This document shows, in pieces, positions 6,799 to 13,729 of a stretch of DNA of 32,000 nt. A program made the translations under genes and the position numbers. The notes below the pieces were generated by a model. It made no database searches. It was not told the DNA's origin and saw nothing but the letters and a program-made list of their open reading frames with translations. The DNA is from Desulfobulbus propionicus DSM 2032 (lineage in GTDB: Bacteria; Desulfobacterota; Desulfobulbia; Desulfobulbales; Desulfobulbaceae): assembly GCF_000186885.1 (NCBI RefSeq), contig NC_014972.1:360001-392000 (forward strand), in the 5' to 3' direction. Positions within the stretch are counted from its first letter, which is position 1. Each line of letters starts with the position of its first letter.

Positions 6799-9510
6799 TC
6801 ATGGCGTATAGTTCAGGCTGTTTGAGGCATTGCCCACTCCACCGGTGGTATCAACCGCCTGGATGGTGAAGGCGGTCGGGCCGGTTGGCATGGTCATTTC
6901 ACAGCTCAGTTGCCGGTCGGCAGGTTTGTTGCAGGTGCAGACCACCGTGCCATTGGCGAGAATCTGGAAGCCGCTGATGGTGCTTTCCTGGGTTGCATCA
7001 AACTCCCAGGTAAAGGTTGCCAGCACCTTTTCCTCTTTCTGGCTGAGAGCAATGTAGCCGATGGCCTCCGCTGGGTGGGCGACTTCCGTATCTTTGGATT
7101 GCTCTTCTTCGACTTTTACCTCGAAACCGGTTGCTGACAGTTTTTGCATTCGCAAAGCCGAAGTGTCGGTGTTGACGGTTGTCTGCATGTCGGCCAGAAG
7201 CAGCGGGGCTGCTGAGTAAGGACTTGGGAAGGCGACCGCATACCACGCCTGTGTGACAACATTGGCTGTGGCGGCAACCCTGTATTGCAGTGAGCCGAGA
7301 CTTCCCTCGCCGGGTTCCCAGGCGAGGTAGTTGATGGTTTCATTGATATGCTTGTTGGTATTTTTTTCCTGCTCGCGGAAATAGTAGGCAAAGCCACTGG
7401 TCGTGACGTCCTTGATGCGGCCACTGATGGTGTCGGTCTCGTTGTTGGAAGCGATCGTGGTCATCATCACCGGCTTTTTGCTGAAAGCCTGGTTGAAGGG
7501 AATCGTTGCAAAACTGGTTTTGCCCGTGAAGCTGCCTGCTTCGACCATGGAGCCGTCGGGCAAGGTATGGTGCCCTTTTTCTATCACGAGATAGCTGGCC
7601 GTCTCCTGCGGATGCGCTCCGTCGAGATAGTTCCACTCGGTGAATTTGATATCAAAGCCGGTGGCATCGACATTGCGCAGGCGAATCACACCCGGGGCGG
7701 GATCATTAAAACTTGCTGGCCCGGCAATGACAACCGGATTCTGGAAAGTAGAACTCAGCGAAACACGAACCCACTCGCCTGTCACTGCGACCTCGCCTGT
7801 TTCGATGTTCAGGTTCGCGGCGGTTTCTTGCGGTTTGACGGTGATCGTTGTCGAGGTTGTCGCGGTGGCCCCCAAATCGTCGGTGACCTGGAGGGTGGCG
7901 ATGAAACTTGCCTCCGTGGTGTAGGTATGGGAGACGGTCTTGCCACTTGCGGAACTACCGTCGCCAAAATGCCACGTGTAGGAGGCGATGGAGCCGTCGC
8001 TGTCGGTGGACGCCGAACCATCGAAGGAAACGGTCAGCGGGGTCGAGCCGCTGGTTGGCGTGGCGCTAAGAGCCGCTTTTGGGGCAATGTTGGCGGCTGC
8101 GGCAGTGACAACCACTGGGGTGGAGGCTGAGCTGGTGAGACCGTTACTATCGGTCACGGTCAGCTCGGTGGTATAGGTGCCGGCGGCGGTAAATGAATGG
8201 GTTGCGGTGGCACCGGTTGCTGTGCTGCCGTCACCAAAGCTCCAGGCGTAGCTGGTGATAGTGGCTAAGCCGGTTGCCGTGGAACCTGTGCCATCGAAGT
8301 TGACCGAAAGCGGTGCCGGCCCTGCTGCCGAGGAAGAGGAGAGCACGGCGGTTGGCGGAATGGCCGCGACTGCCGGTTCGGTGACGGTGACGGAGACAAT
8401 GGCCGTGCTGCTGGCGCCCGTGGTGTTCGTTACCGTCAGCTTGGCCGTATAGGTTCCGGCCGAGGCGTATTCATGGCTGGCCGTGCTGGTCGCGGCAATC
8501 GAGCCATCGCCAAAATCCCACTGATACTGGCTAATCGTGCCGGTTGAAGAACCTGCGTTGAAATTCACAGTGACCGGCGCTGTGCCGGTGACCGGCGTGG
8601 CCTGGATAACGGCCTGAAGCGTTGCCGTGTCGTCGGTGGAGGTTGTGGCGGGAGTATAGGCAAGTAAATTGGACAGGCTGCTTTCCGTGCCATCGGCGTT
8701 GACCGCTTTCACTCCATAAACCAGGTTGCCGCTGGGGACATCAACGGTGCAGGTCAGATTGCGGGCCGCAGGGTCGGTGGTCTCGCAAATGGGCAGATTG
8801 TTTTGATAGATGCGGAATCCGCTAATGCTGGACGCATCGCCACTATACTCCCAGGAAAAGCCGAGCAGTTTGAAGGTAAAGGTTTCTGGGTAAGCGGTCG
8901 GATTAAAGACCAGCAGGTTGGAGAGCCCGCTTTCCGAGCCGTCGGTATGTACCTGGCTCATACTGAAGATCATTTCGCCGGGGAGCAGGTTGGCCGTGCA
9001 GGCAATGGAGGTGTCCGTCGGGCTGGTTGTTTCGCACAGGCGCGTGCTGTTGAGATAGAAGCGATAACCGGCAACATTGGAGAGGTCGGTCGGCTGCTCC
9101 CAGGAAAAGGTGAACAGCTTGTTGCCGATTGAGCTGGAGACCGGTGTTTTCGTGGTCGCGCTGTCGTCCGTTGTGCCGGTATCACCAGAGGTATCGGTTC
9201 CAGTAGAACCGTCAGAGGTAAAGGCAAAGGGGGCGGAATGGGGGCTTTCGCTGCCGTCGCTGAAAGTGGCTGTCAGGGTAAAATTGGTGGTTGCCGCCGT
9301 AAGTGTGACCTCACAGTCCATGGCAGTTGCATTGGGGTTCTGGGTCTGGCAGACGGGCGCTCCCTCCTGATAGAGTTTGAACCCGGTCACCGCTGGTTCG
9401 CTTGGGGGGGTGTATCCCCACTCCACGTGGATGGACTGGGCCGCGGCTGATACGGCAATGGACAATCCGCAGAAAAGGAGGGCTAGGAGGCGGATAATTT
9501 TTCGTTGCAT
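6799..9510 (-). CDS. Large secreted mosaic surface protein (FN3-like Cys-pair modules + 3 PKD + 3 H-type-lectin-like repeats)
   Basis: I prefer the ATG at 9510 (MQRKIIRLLALLFCGLSIAVSAAAQ signal peptide), giving 903 aa. There are three WxFGDG PKD signatures, repeated modules and a Thr/Ser/Asp-rich linker. I saw no cell-wall, PEP-CTERM or lipobox anchor. Confidence 0.85.
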   Translation of the reverse strand: MQRKIIRLLALLFCGLSIAVSAAAQSIHVEWGYTPPSEPAVTGFKLYQEGAPVCQTQNPNATAMDCEVTLTAATTNFTLTATFSDGSESPHSAPFAFTSDGSTGTDTSGDTGTTDDSATTKTPVSSSIGNKLFTFSWEQPTDLSNVAGYRFYLNSTRLCETTSPTDTSIACTANLLPGEMIFSMSQVHTDGSESGLSNLLVFNPTAYPETFTFKLLGFSWEYSGDASSISGFRIYQNNLPICETTDPAARNLTCTVDVPSGNLVYGVKAVNADGTESSLSNLLAYTPATTSTDDTATLQAVIQATPVTGTAPVTVNFNAGSSTGTISQYQWDFGDGSIAATSTASHEYASAGTYTAKLTVTNTTGASSTAIVSVTVTEPAVAAIPPTAVLSSSSAAGPAPLSVNFDGTGSTATGLATITSYAWSFGDGSTATGATATHSFTAAGTYTTELTVTDSNGLTSSASTPVVVTAAAANIAPKAALSATPTSGSTPLTVSFDGSASTDSDGSIASYTWHFGDGSSASGKTVSHTYTTEASFIATLQVTDDLGATATTSTTITVKPQETAANLNIETGEVAVTGEWVRVSLSSTFQNPVVIAGPASFNDPAPGVIRLRNVDATGFDIKFTEWNYLDGAHPQETASYLVIEKGHHTLPDGSMVEAGSFTGKTSFATIPFNQAFSKKPVMMTTIASNNETDTISGRIKDVTTSGFAYYFREQEKNTNKHINETINYLAWEPGEGSLGSLQYRVAATANVVTQAWYAVAFPSPYSAAPLLLADMQTTVNTDTSALRMQKLSATGFEVKVEEEQSKDTEVAHPAEAIGYIALSQKEEKVLATFTWEFDATQESTISGFQILANGTVVCTCNKPADRQLSCEMTMPTGPTAFTIQAVDTTGGVGNASNSLNYTP
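7045..7809 (-). repeat. Three diverged ~75-85-aa repeats resembling H-type lectin domains
   Basis: The pattern F..P(V/L)(V/M/L)......(D/N).......R(L/I/M)..(V/L)(T/S)..GF......(W/E)......E...Y(L/I)(V/A)(I/W/L) recurs at listed-ORF residues ~620-677, ~705-765 and ~793-855. The family assignment is from memory of the PF09458 pattern. Confidence 0.45.
7834..8613 (-). repeat. Three tandem PKD domains
   Basis: The signatures are QYQWDFGDGS...YTAKLTVTNTTG, SYAWSFGDGS...YTTELTVTDSNG and SYTWHFGDGS...FIATLQVTDDLG. Each unit is about 85 aa. Confidence 0.85.
8650..9435 (-). repeat. Three tandem ~75-aa FN3-like modules with a conserved cysteine pair; a fourth copy lies at the C-terminus (6802..7026)
   Basis: Modules at listed-ORF residues 59-130, 163-238, 243-320 and 862-936 share W-E...(V/I)xG(F/Y)(K/R/Q)(L/F/I)Y...C(E/Q)T...C...DG(S/T)ES..SN. 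Confidence 0.6.
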
Positions 9511-9560
9511 TGTGTTCCCCGTGTGCAAAAAGTGGGCGTTCAATTGGTTAACGCCTGAGA

Positions 9561-9576
9561 TGCATGCAATGTGCCA
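9561..9576 (-). promoter_or_regulatory. Sigma-54 (-24/-12) promoter candidate for the large surface-protein gene
   Basis: The minus strand reads TGGCAC-attgc-ATGCA, against the consensus TGGCAC-N5-TTGCW. GG and GC have exact consensus spacing. It lies about 50 nt upstream of the ATG at 9510 and just downstream of a 20-nt pure A/T tract (9585-9604). Confidence 0.6.
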
Positions 9577-9686
9577 AGACCGCCAAATATATTTTTTTTT
9601 AAAACTCAATAGATTAGCTGTGTACGCCGCGTGGTTCGTTTATTTGAATTACTATTTCGTATTAGGTGTATTCGTTGGGTCGATGA

Positions 9687-10475
9687 TCAACGAGCCGTGG
9701 TAATCGCCCACCGGGCCCATTCATACTGGGCGGAGGAAAGATCATTTTTTTTGTTATCGATAAATTTGGCCAGCGAGGCCGTGGAATCGAAAGTGATGGA
9801 ATAATAGCCGTCGGCGTGGGCGCCACGACCGAGCAAAGTTGCCTTGCCAGAACGGTCGATCCCCACCATGAGGTCGAGATTCTTGTAAATGATGGCCTCG
9901 GCGGTACGGGTTACCGTGCCGTACTTCGACTCCATGTAAAAGCGGTAGGTGAATCCGGCAACCACAACGATGAGAACCAAGGCGAGACTGGAGGCCAGCT
10001 TGGCATAGGGGGTGTAGCTTTGGGGGTTGAAGAAATCGCGGAGGGTCAGACGAACGTGACGATGGATGGCTTGGTGAATATCGGTCAGGCGGGCGAGACA
10101 GGGTTGCACCGCCTTGCCGGTGTATCGCTCGACGCTGGCAATGGCTTCGTTGTCCGAGGGATCGGTCATGGCCAGATTGAGGATATGGTCGCCTTCAAAC
10201 CCCAGCGGCAGCACTTCAAATTTTTTGCAAAGATAACGGGGCAACACCCCCCGCGCGGCATCGGTAAAACCCTGATCGGGATCAATGACCGGCAACTGCA
10301 ACTGTTGGGAGAGCACCTCCGTCAGCTGGTCACTGGTGATTGCCCCCATGTTGACCAGAATCCTTCCCAGCCTGCGAGTGCCCCCAACCTGCATTTTCAG
10401 AGCGCGGTCGACAACTTCTTGAGCAACCAAACCGGCATCGAGCAGGAGTTCTCCTAAACGCTTTTTTTCGGCCAT
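9687..10475 (-). CDS. Membrane-anchored MshEN (T2SSE_N) domain protein, predicted c-di-GMP receptor lacking the ATPase domain
   Basis: ATG at 10475 with SD GAAGGAG 7 nt upstream. Tandem motifs RLGELLLDAGLVAQEVVDRALKMQ and RLGRILVNMGAITSDQLTEVLSQQ are separated by 5 residues (nt 10302-10460). The GspE-N-like fold continues to about residue 140. One TM helix (LASSLALVLIVVVAGFTYRFY) is followed by an ~85-aa C-terminal domain. Confidence 0.8.
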   Translation of the reverse strand: MAEKKRLGELLLDAGLVAQEVVDRALKMQVGGTRRLGRILVNMGAITSDQLTEVLSQQLQLPVIDPDQGFTDAARGVLPRYLCKKFEVLPLGFEGDHILNLAMTDPSDNEAIASVERYTGKAVQPCLARLTDIHQAIHRHVRLTLRDFFNPQSYTPYAKLASSLALVLIVVVAGFTYRFYMESKYGTVTRTAEAIIYKNLDLMVGIDRSGKATLLGRGAHADGYYSITFDSTASLAKFIDNKKNDLSSAQYEWARWAITTAR

Positions 10476-10508
10476 GACGTTTCTCCTTCAGAAGGCGAGG
10501 GAAGATGT

Positions 10509-10527
10509 AACTTGTTGAAAACAAGTT
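10509..10527. promoter_or_regulatory. Inverted repeat AACTTGT-tgaaa-ACAAGTT in the leader of the MshEN gene
   Basis: A 7-bp perfect stem/palindrome lies 34-52 nt upstream of the ATG at 10475 and downstream of the predicted -10 box. It could be an operator or a 5'-UTR hairpin. Confidence 0.3.
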
Positions 10528-10547
10528 GATATTGAGTTTATAATTTT

Positions 10548-10577
10548 ATTATAGGAATAAAAATCGAAATTAAGCAA
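10548..10577 (-). promoter_or_regulatory. Sigma-70-type promoter candidate for the MshEN gene
   Basis: On the minus strand, -35 is TTGCTT (10577-10572), the spacer is 18 nt and -10 is TATAAT (10553-10548, 6/6). It sits in an AT-rich intergenic island between a terminator-like hairpin and the gene. Confidence 0.45.
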
Positions 10578-10587
10578 GAATGAAATA

Positions 10588-10623
10588 GGGCTGTGCCCAA
10601 AGCGGAAAAGGGCACACCAGCCC
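10588..10623 (-). terminator. Terminator-like hairpin after the PEP-CTERM gene
   Basis: GGGC/TGTGCCC pairs with GGGCACA/(cca)/GCCC, about 11 bp with a 3-nt bulge and an 11-nt loop. On the minus strand it is followed by the T-rich tatttcattcttgctt. It lies 27 nt downstream of the stop at 10650. Confidence 0.5.
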
Positions 10624-10649
10624 CATCTAGCGGGAGAGAAAAAAGAATC

Positions 10650-11294
10650 TTAATGATCTGAAGAGGATCGAATTCGGAACAAGATCAGTAAGCCGGTGAA
10701 AAAAAGAACGACAGATGAAGGTTCCGGAACGGGAGCGGCGGAACGGACGGCGATGGCATAGGCATGGCTGTTGGTTGTTTGCAGAAATTGCGCGCCGTAA
10801 CCGAAATCAAAGGCCCAGGCACTGGCCATCCCACCCAAAAGCATATCCGATTTGCTTCCAAACCAATAGCAATCGGGCAGCAAGAACGGTTCAAGAGGCG
10901 ATGTTTTCGCGGCTAACTCCTCAATGGTGTTGGGCGCCTGATGCTGCTTGGATGCAAGATTCAGAGTATTGTAATACAGCTGTCCCAGCTCACTGACGGT
11001 GACATTATATTTAGCATCGTTGCCACCGTCATACCCCCAAGTGCCATCGGGTGTATAGGGTAGCCGCCAATCAGCATACCCACCGTACTTACTGTTATTC
11101 AAGGCGTCGATCCAATCATTGGCCCCTTGCCAAGTCATTTTGCCGGCCATGGCCGCATTCGTGGTCCAATAGAAATGGCGGTCGGCATCGTAGAGCAGGT
11201 TGCCGTGGATACTCAGACTGTCCGCAAAGCAGGAAGAAAAAGGGAGCAGGAAGATTGCCAAGAAACTCACGGAAAAAGAAGTTCGCGTGGGCAC
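10650..11294 (-). CDS. DUF1566 (Lcl C-terminal domain-like) protein with PEP-CTERM sorting signal
   Basis: GTG start at 11294 with SD GGGAGG. N-terminal signal peptide FLAIFLLPFSSCFA. DWRLPY...SELGQLYY is typical of DUF1566. The C-terminus VPEPSSVVLFFTGLLILFRIRSS has PEP, a TM helix and a basic cluster. Confidence 0.8.
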   Translation of the reverse strand: MPTRTSFSVSFLAIFLLPFSSCFADSLSIHGNLLYDADRHFYWTTNAAMAGKMTWQGANDWIDALNNSKYGGYADWRLPYTPDGTWGYDGGNDAKYNVTVSELGQLYYNTLNLASKQHQAPNTIEELAAKTSPLEPFLLPDCYWFGSKSDMLLGGMASAWAFDFGYGAQFLQTTNSHAYAIAVRSAAPVPEPSSVVLFFTGLLILFRIRSSSDH

Positions 11295-11321
11295 AATGCC
11301 TCCCGACCGTTTGAGGAAATG

Positions 11322-11345
11322 TGTTGCAGGCTAGCCTGTTGCAGG
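11322..11345. promoter_or_regulatory. Direct repeat TGTTGCAGG x2 (15-nt period) embedding the 12-bp palindrome CAGGCTAGCCTG
   Basis: Seen directly in the sequence, 28-51 nt upstream of the GTG at 11294. A possible sigma-70 promoter on the minus strand lies upstream: TTTACA (11393-11388), 17-nt spacer, TATCAC (11370-11365). Confidence 0.3.
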
Positions 11346-11475
11346 CAGAGCAAATATTTTGAGGGTGATAAACGACAACGATACTTTTGTAAAGAAAATT
11401 AGTGGGGTACCCTGGAACGGGAAACTTCAGGCCAATAGCGAACTTTTTGGCGGGATGGTGCCGGTCGGTAAGGGG

Positions 11476-11511
11476 GGATCACGCCGGAGCACGTCAGTCC
11501 CGGCGTGATCC
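11476..11511 (-). terminator. Hairpin after comEA (12-bp perfect stem, no U tract)
   Basis: GGATCACGCCGG (11476-11487) pairs with CCGGCGTGATCC (11500-11511) around a 12-nt loop. It starts 12 nt downstream of the comEA stop. Confidence 0.5.
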
Positions 11512-11522
11512 ACGGTCACCGT

Positions 11523-11777
11523 TTATTCCCCAACCGTGACGTCCGGTTTGATTTTTTCGATGATTTTGTCGCCGATCCCATTTACTTTGTTGAGATCTTC
11601 AACTGTTTTGAAATTGCCGTTGGCGGTACGGTAGGCAACGATGGCTTCCGCTTTTGTCTTGCCGATCCCGTTGAGGGTCGCCAGCTCTTCCGCATTTGCG
11701 GTGTTGATGTTCACCTTGGCAAAGGCCGCGGTGGCAAAAAAGAGAACCAGCAAGAGCGTCAGGTACAGCTTTTTCAT
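11523..11777 (-). CDS. comEA: ComEA-family periplasmic helix-hairpin-helix DNA-binding protein
   Basis: The 84-aa product has a signal peptide (MKKLYLTLLLVLFFATAAFA) and then VNINTANAEELATLNGIGKTKAEAIVAYR...FKTVEDLNKVNGIGDKIIEKI, a tandem HhH motif. Confidence 0.9.
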   Translation of the reverse strand: MKKLYLTLLLVLFFATAAFAKVNINTANAEELATLNGIGKTKAEAIVAYRTANGNFKTVEDLNKVNGIGDKIIEKIKPDVTVGE

Positions 11778-11987
11778 AGAACCTCCTTTGATGGGATTGA
11801 AGGGAAAAAATGAACACGTCCTGGCTCGATGTTAGGGAAGAATCGGATGCGCTGTCAAATTGAAAAAACGCCTAACTGTTCAATGTAGCGAGACGAATGG
11901 CTGGAATCCTTTGTGCGGCAGCGCTTTTGGAGCACAAGGGGTGTCTCGATTTTTTTTGGTTCATCTGATGAACGCCAAGGAACGTGT

Positions 11988-13697
11988 ATGTCAACGTTGT
12001 CATCCATTGATTACTCTGAAAGCTTGATTGTCCATTTTCGGCGGGCTGAACTCTTGCGGGACGAAGCGGTCGGACTGGTATCCCTGGACCTCAACAGCCG
12101 CCAACTCTGTGATCTTGAGTTGCTGTTGCATCGCGGCTTTTATCCGTTGAGCGGTTATCTGAACCAGGACGATTACCTGCAGGTCCTGGAAACAATGCGG
12201 CTTGCCGATGGGACGGTTTGGCCGATGCCGATCTGTCTGGATGTCAACGTCGACGTGGCCGCCTCCTTGCAACCAGGGCAGCGGGTGGCCCTAAATGACC
12301 AGGAAGGATTCCTGCTCGCCATTCTCACGGTCGGCGAGGTATGGCATCCGGACAGGGAGCACGAGGCGGAAGCGGTCTACGGCACCACCAACCCTGACCT
12401 GCACCCAGGGGTGAAGAATCTCTACCAGAAAACAGCCGAATGGTATGTTGGGGGACAGGTGGAGGGCGTATCGCTGCCCATTCATTATGATTTTCGCAAT
12501 CTTCGCCTCACGCCGGCAGAAACGCATCGGCGGTTTACCCAGTACGGCTGGCGGCGGGTGCTCGGATTCCATACCCGTGAATACTTGCATTGCGCCCACC
12601 GGGAAATGGTCTTGGCCGCGGCCCGTGAGATCAATGCCTCCATTTTCATTCATCCGGCCGCGGGACTGGATCATCCAGGCAATCGGGACCATTACACCCT
12701 GGTGCAGTGCTATCAGGAGTTTATCACCCATTTCCCGGCCAATATGATTCTGCTGGGGATCGTCTCCCTGGCGGACCGGTTTGCCGGCCCCCGCGAGGCG
12801 CTGTGGCACGCGATGATCAGGAAAAATTTCGGTTGCAGTCACTTCATGGTGGCCAAGGACCATGGCGACCCCTTTGCCGGCTCGGACCAGCCGTTATTTT
12901 ACCCCCAAGGCGCGGCCCAGCAGTTGGTGGCTCGGATGGCCGGGGAAACGGGTATCGCCATGGTGCCCGAACGGGCTATGGGCTATGTGGAAGAAAAAGC
13001 CCAGTATGTGTTCCTGGAAAATGTCGGGGAGCATGAGTCGGTCAAGACCATCACCTCGCAGGAACTCAAGCGGCGTCTGGAATGGGGGCTGGAGATTCCG
13101 GAATGGTACTCCTATCAAAACGTTATCCAGGCCCTGCGCCGTGCCTTTCCGCCACGATCCCGGCAGGGGTTTACCGTCTTTTTGACGGGATTGTCCGGGT
13201 CCGGCAAATCGACCATCGCCAAGGTGCTCATGGTGCGCTTCATGGAGATGGGCAACCGGCCGGTGACTCTGTTGGATGGCGACATCGTGCGGAAAAATCT
13301 TTCCTCGGAGCTCAACTTTTCCGAAGCGCACCGCAATCTCAACGTCACCCGTATCGGTTTTGTGGCCAGCGAAATCACCAAGAACGGCGGCATCGCCCTG
13401 TGCGCGCCGATCGCGCCCTATGAAGCATCGAGAGCCGCCAACCGGGAATTGATCAGCCGCTATGGGGGGTATATCGAGGTCTATGTGTCGACCCCGCTTG
13501 AGGTCTGCGAGCAGCGGGATCGAAAGGGGCTGTACGCCAAGGCCAGGAAAGGGCTGGTCAAGGGAGTGACCGGCATTTCCGACCCGTATGTGCCGCCGGT
13601 CAATCCCGAGTTGACCATTGACACCAGCACGATGACCCCGGCCGAGGCGGTGCAGGAAATCCTGCTCTATCTTGAAGAACAGGGCTATATCAGCTGA
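11988..13697 (+). CDS. cysC: Two-domain adenylylsulfate (APS) kinase with N-terminal ATP-sulfurylase-like domain that has degenerate catalytic motifs
   Basis: I prefer the ATG at 11988 (MSTLSS), with aagga about 9 nt upstream. The C-terminal half has GLSGSGKST, LLDGDIVR and GISDPYVPPVNPEL. The N-terminal half has the sulfurylase fold, but QTRNPxHRAH is HTREYLHCAH and GRDHAG is AKDHGD. Confidence 0.85.
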   Translation: MSTLSSIDYSESLIVHFRRAELLRDEAVGLVSLDLNSRQLCDLELLLHRGFYPLSGYLNQDDYLQVLETMRLADGTVWPMPICLDVNVDVAASLQPGQRVALNDQEGFLLAILTVGEVWHPDREHEAEAVYGTTNPDLHPGVKNLYQKTAEWYVGGQVEGVSLPIHYDFRNLRLTPAETHRRFTQYGWRRVLGFHTREYLHCAHREMVLAAAREINASIFIHPAAGLDHPGNRDHYTLVQCYQEFITHFPANMILLGIVSLADRFAGPREALWHAMIRKNFGCSHFMVAKDHGDPFAGSDQPLFYPQGAAQQLVARMAGETGIAMVPERAMGYVEEKAQYVFLENVGEHESVKTITSQELKRRLEWGLEIPEWYSYQNVIQALRRAFPPRSRQGFTVFLTGLSGSGKSTIAKVLMVRFMEMGNRPVTLLDGDIVRKNLSSELNFSEAHRNLNVTRIGFVASEITKNGGIALCAPIAPYEASRAANRELISRYGGYIEVYVSTPLEVCEQRDRKGLYAKARKGLVKGVTGISDPYVPPVNPELTIDTSTMTPAEAVQEILLYLEEQGYIS

Positions 13698-13729
13698 ACG
13701 GGTCAGCAGGAGCGAGAAGGACGGAGCAC

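Noticed and set aside
7348-8130. 260-aa + strand ORF, and several 60-110-aa ORFs, inside 6830-9703
   Set aside because: They are antisense or out of frame relative to the large PKD/lectin-like gene, whose repeated domain signatures define the true frame.
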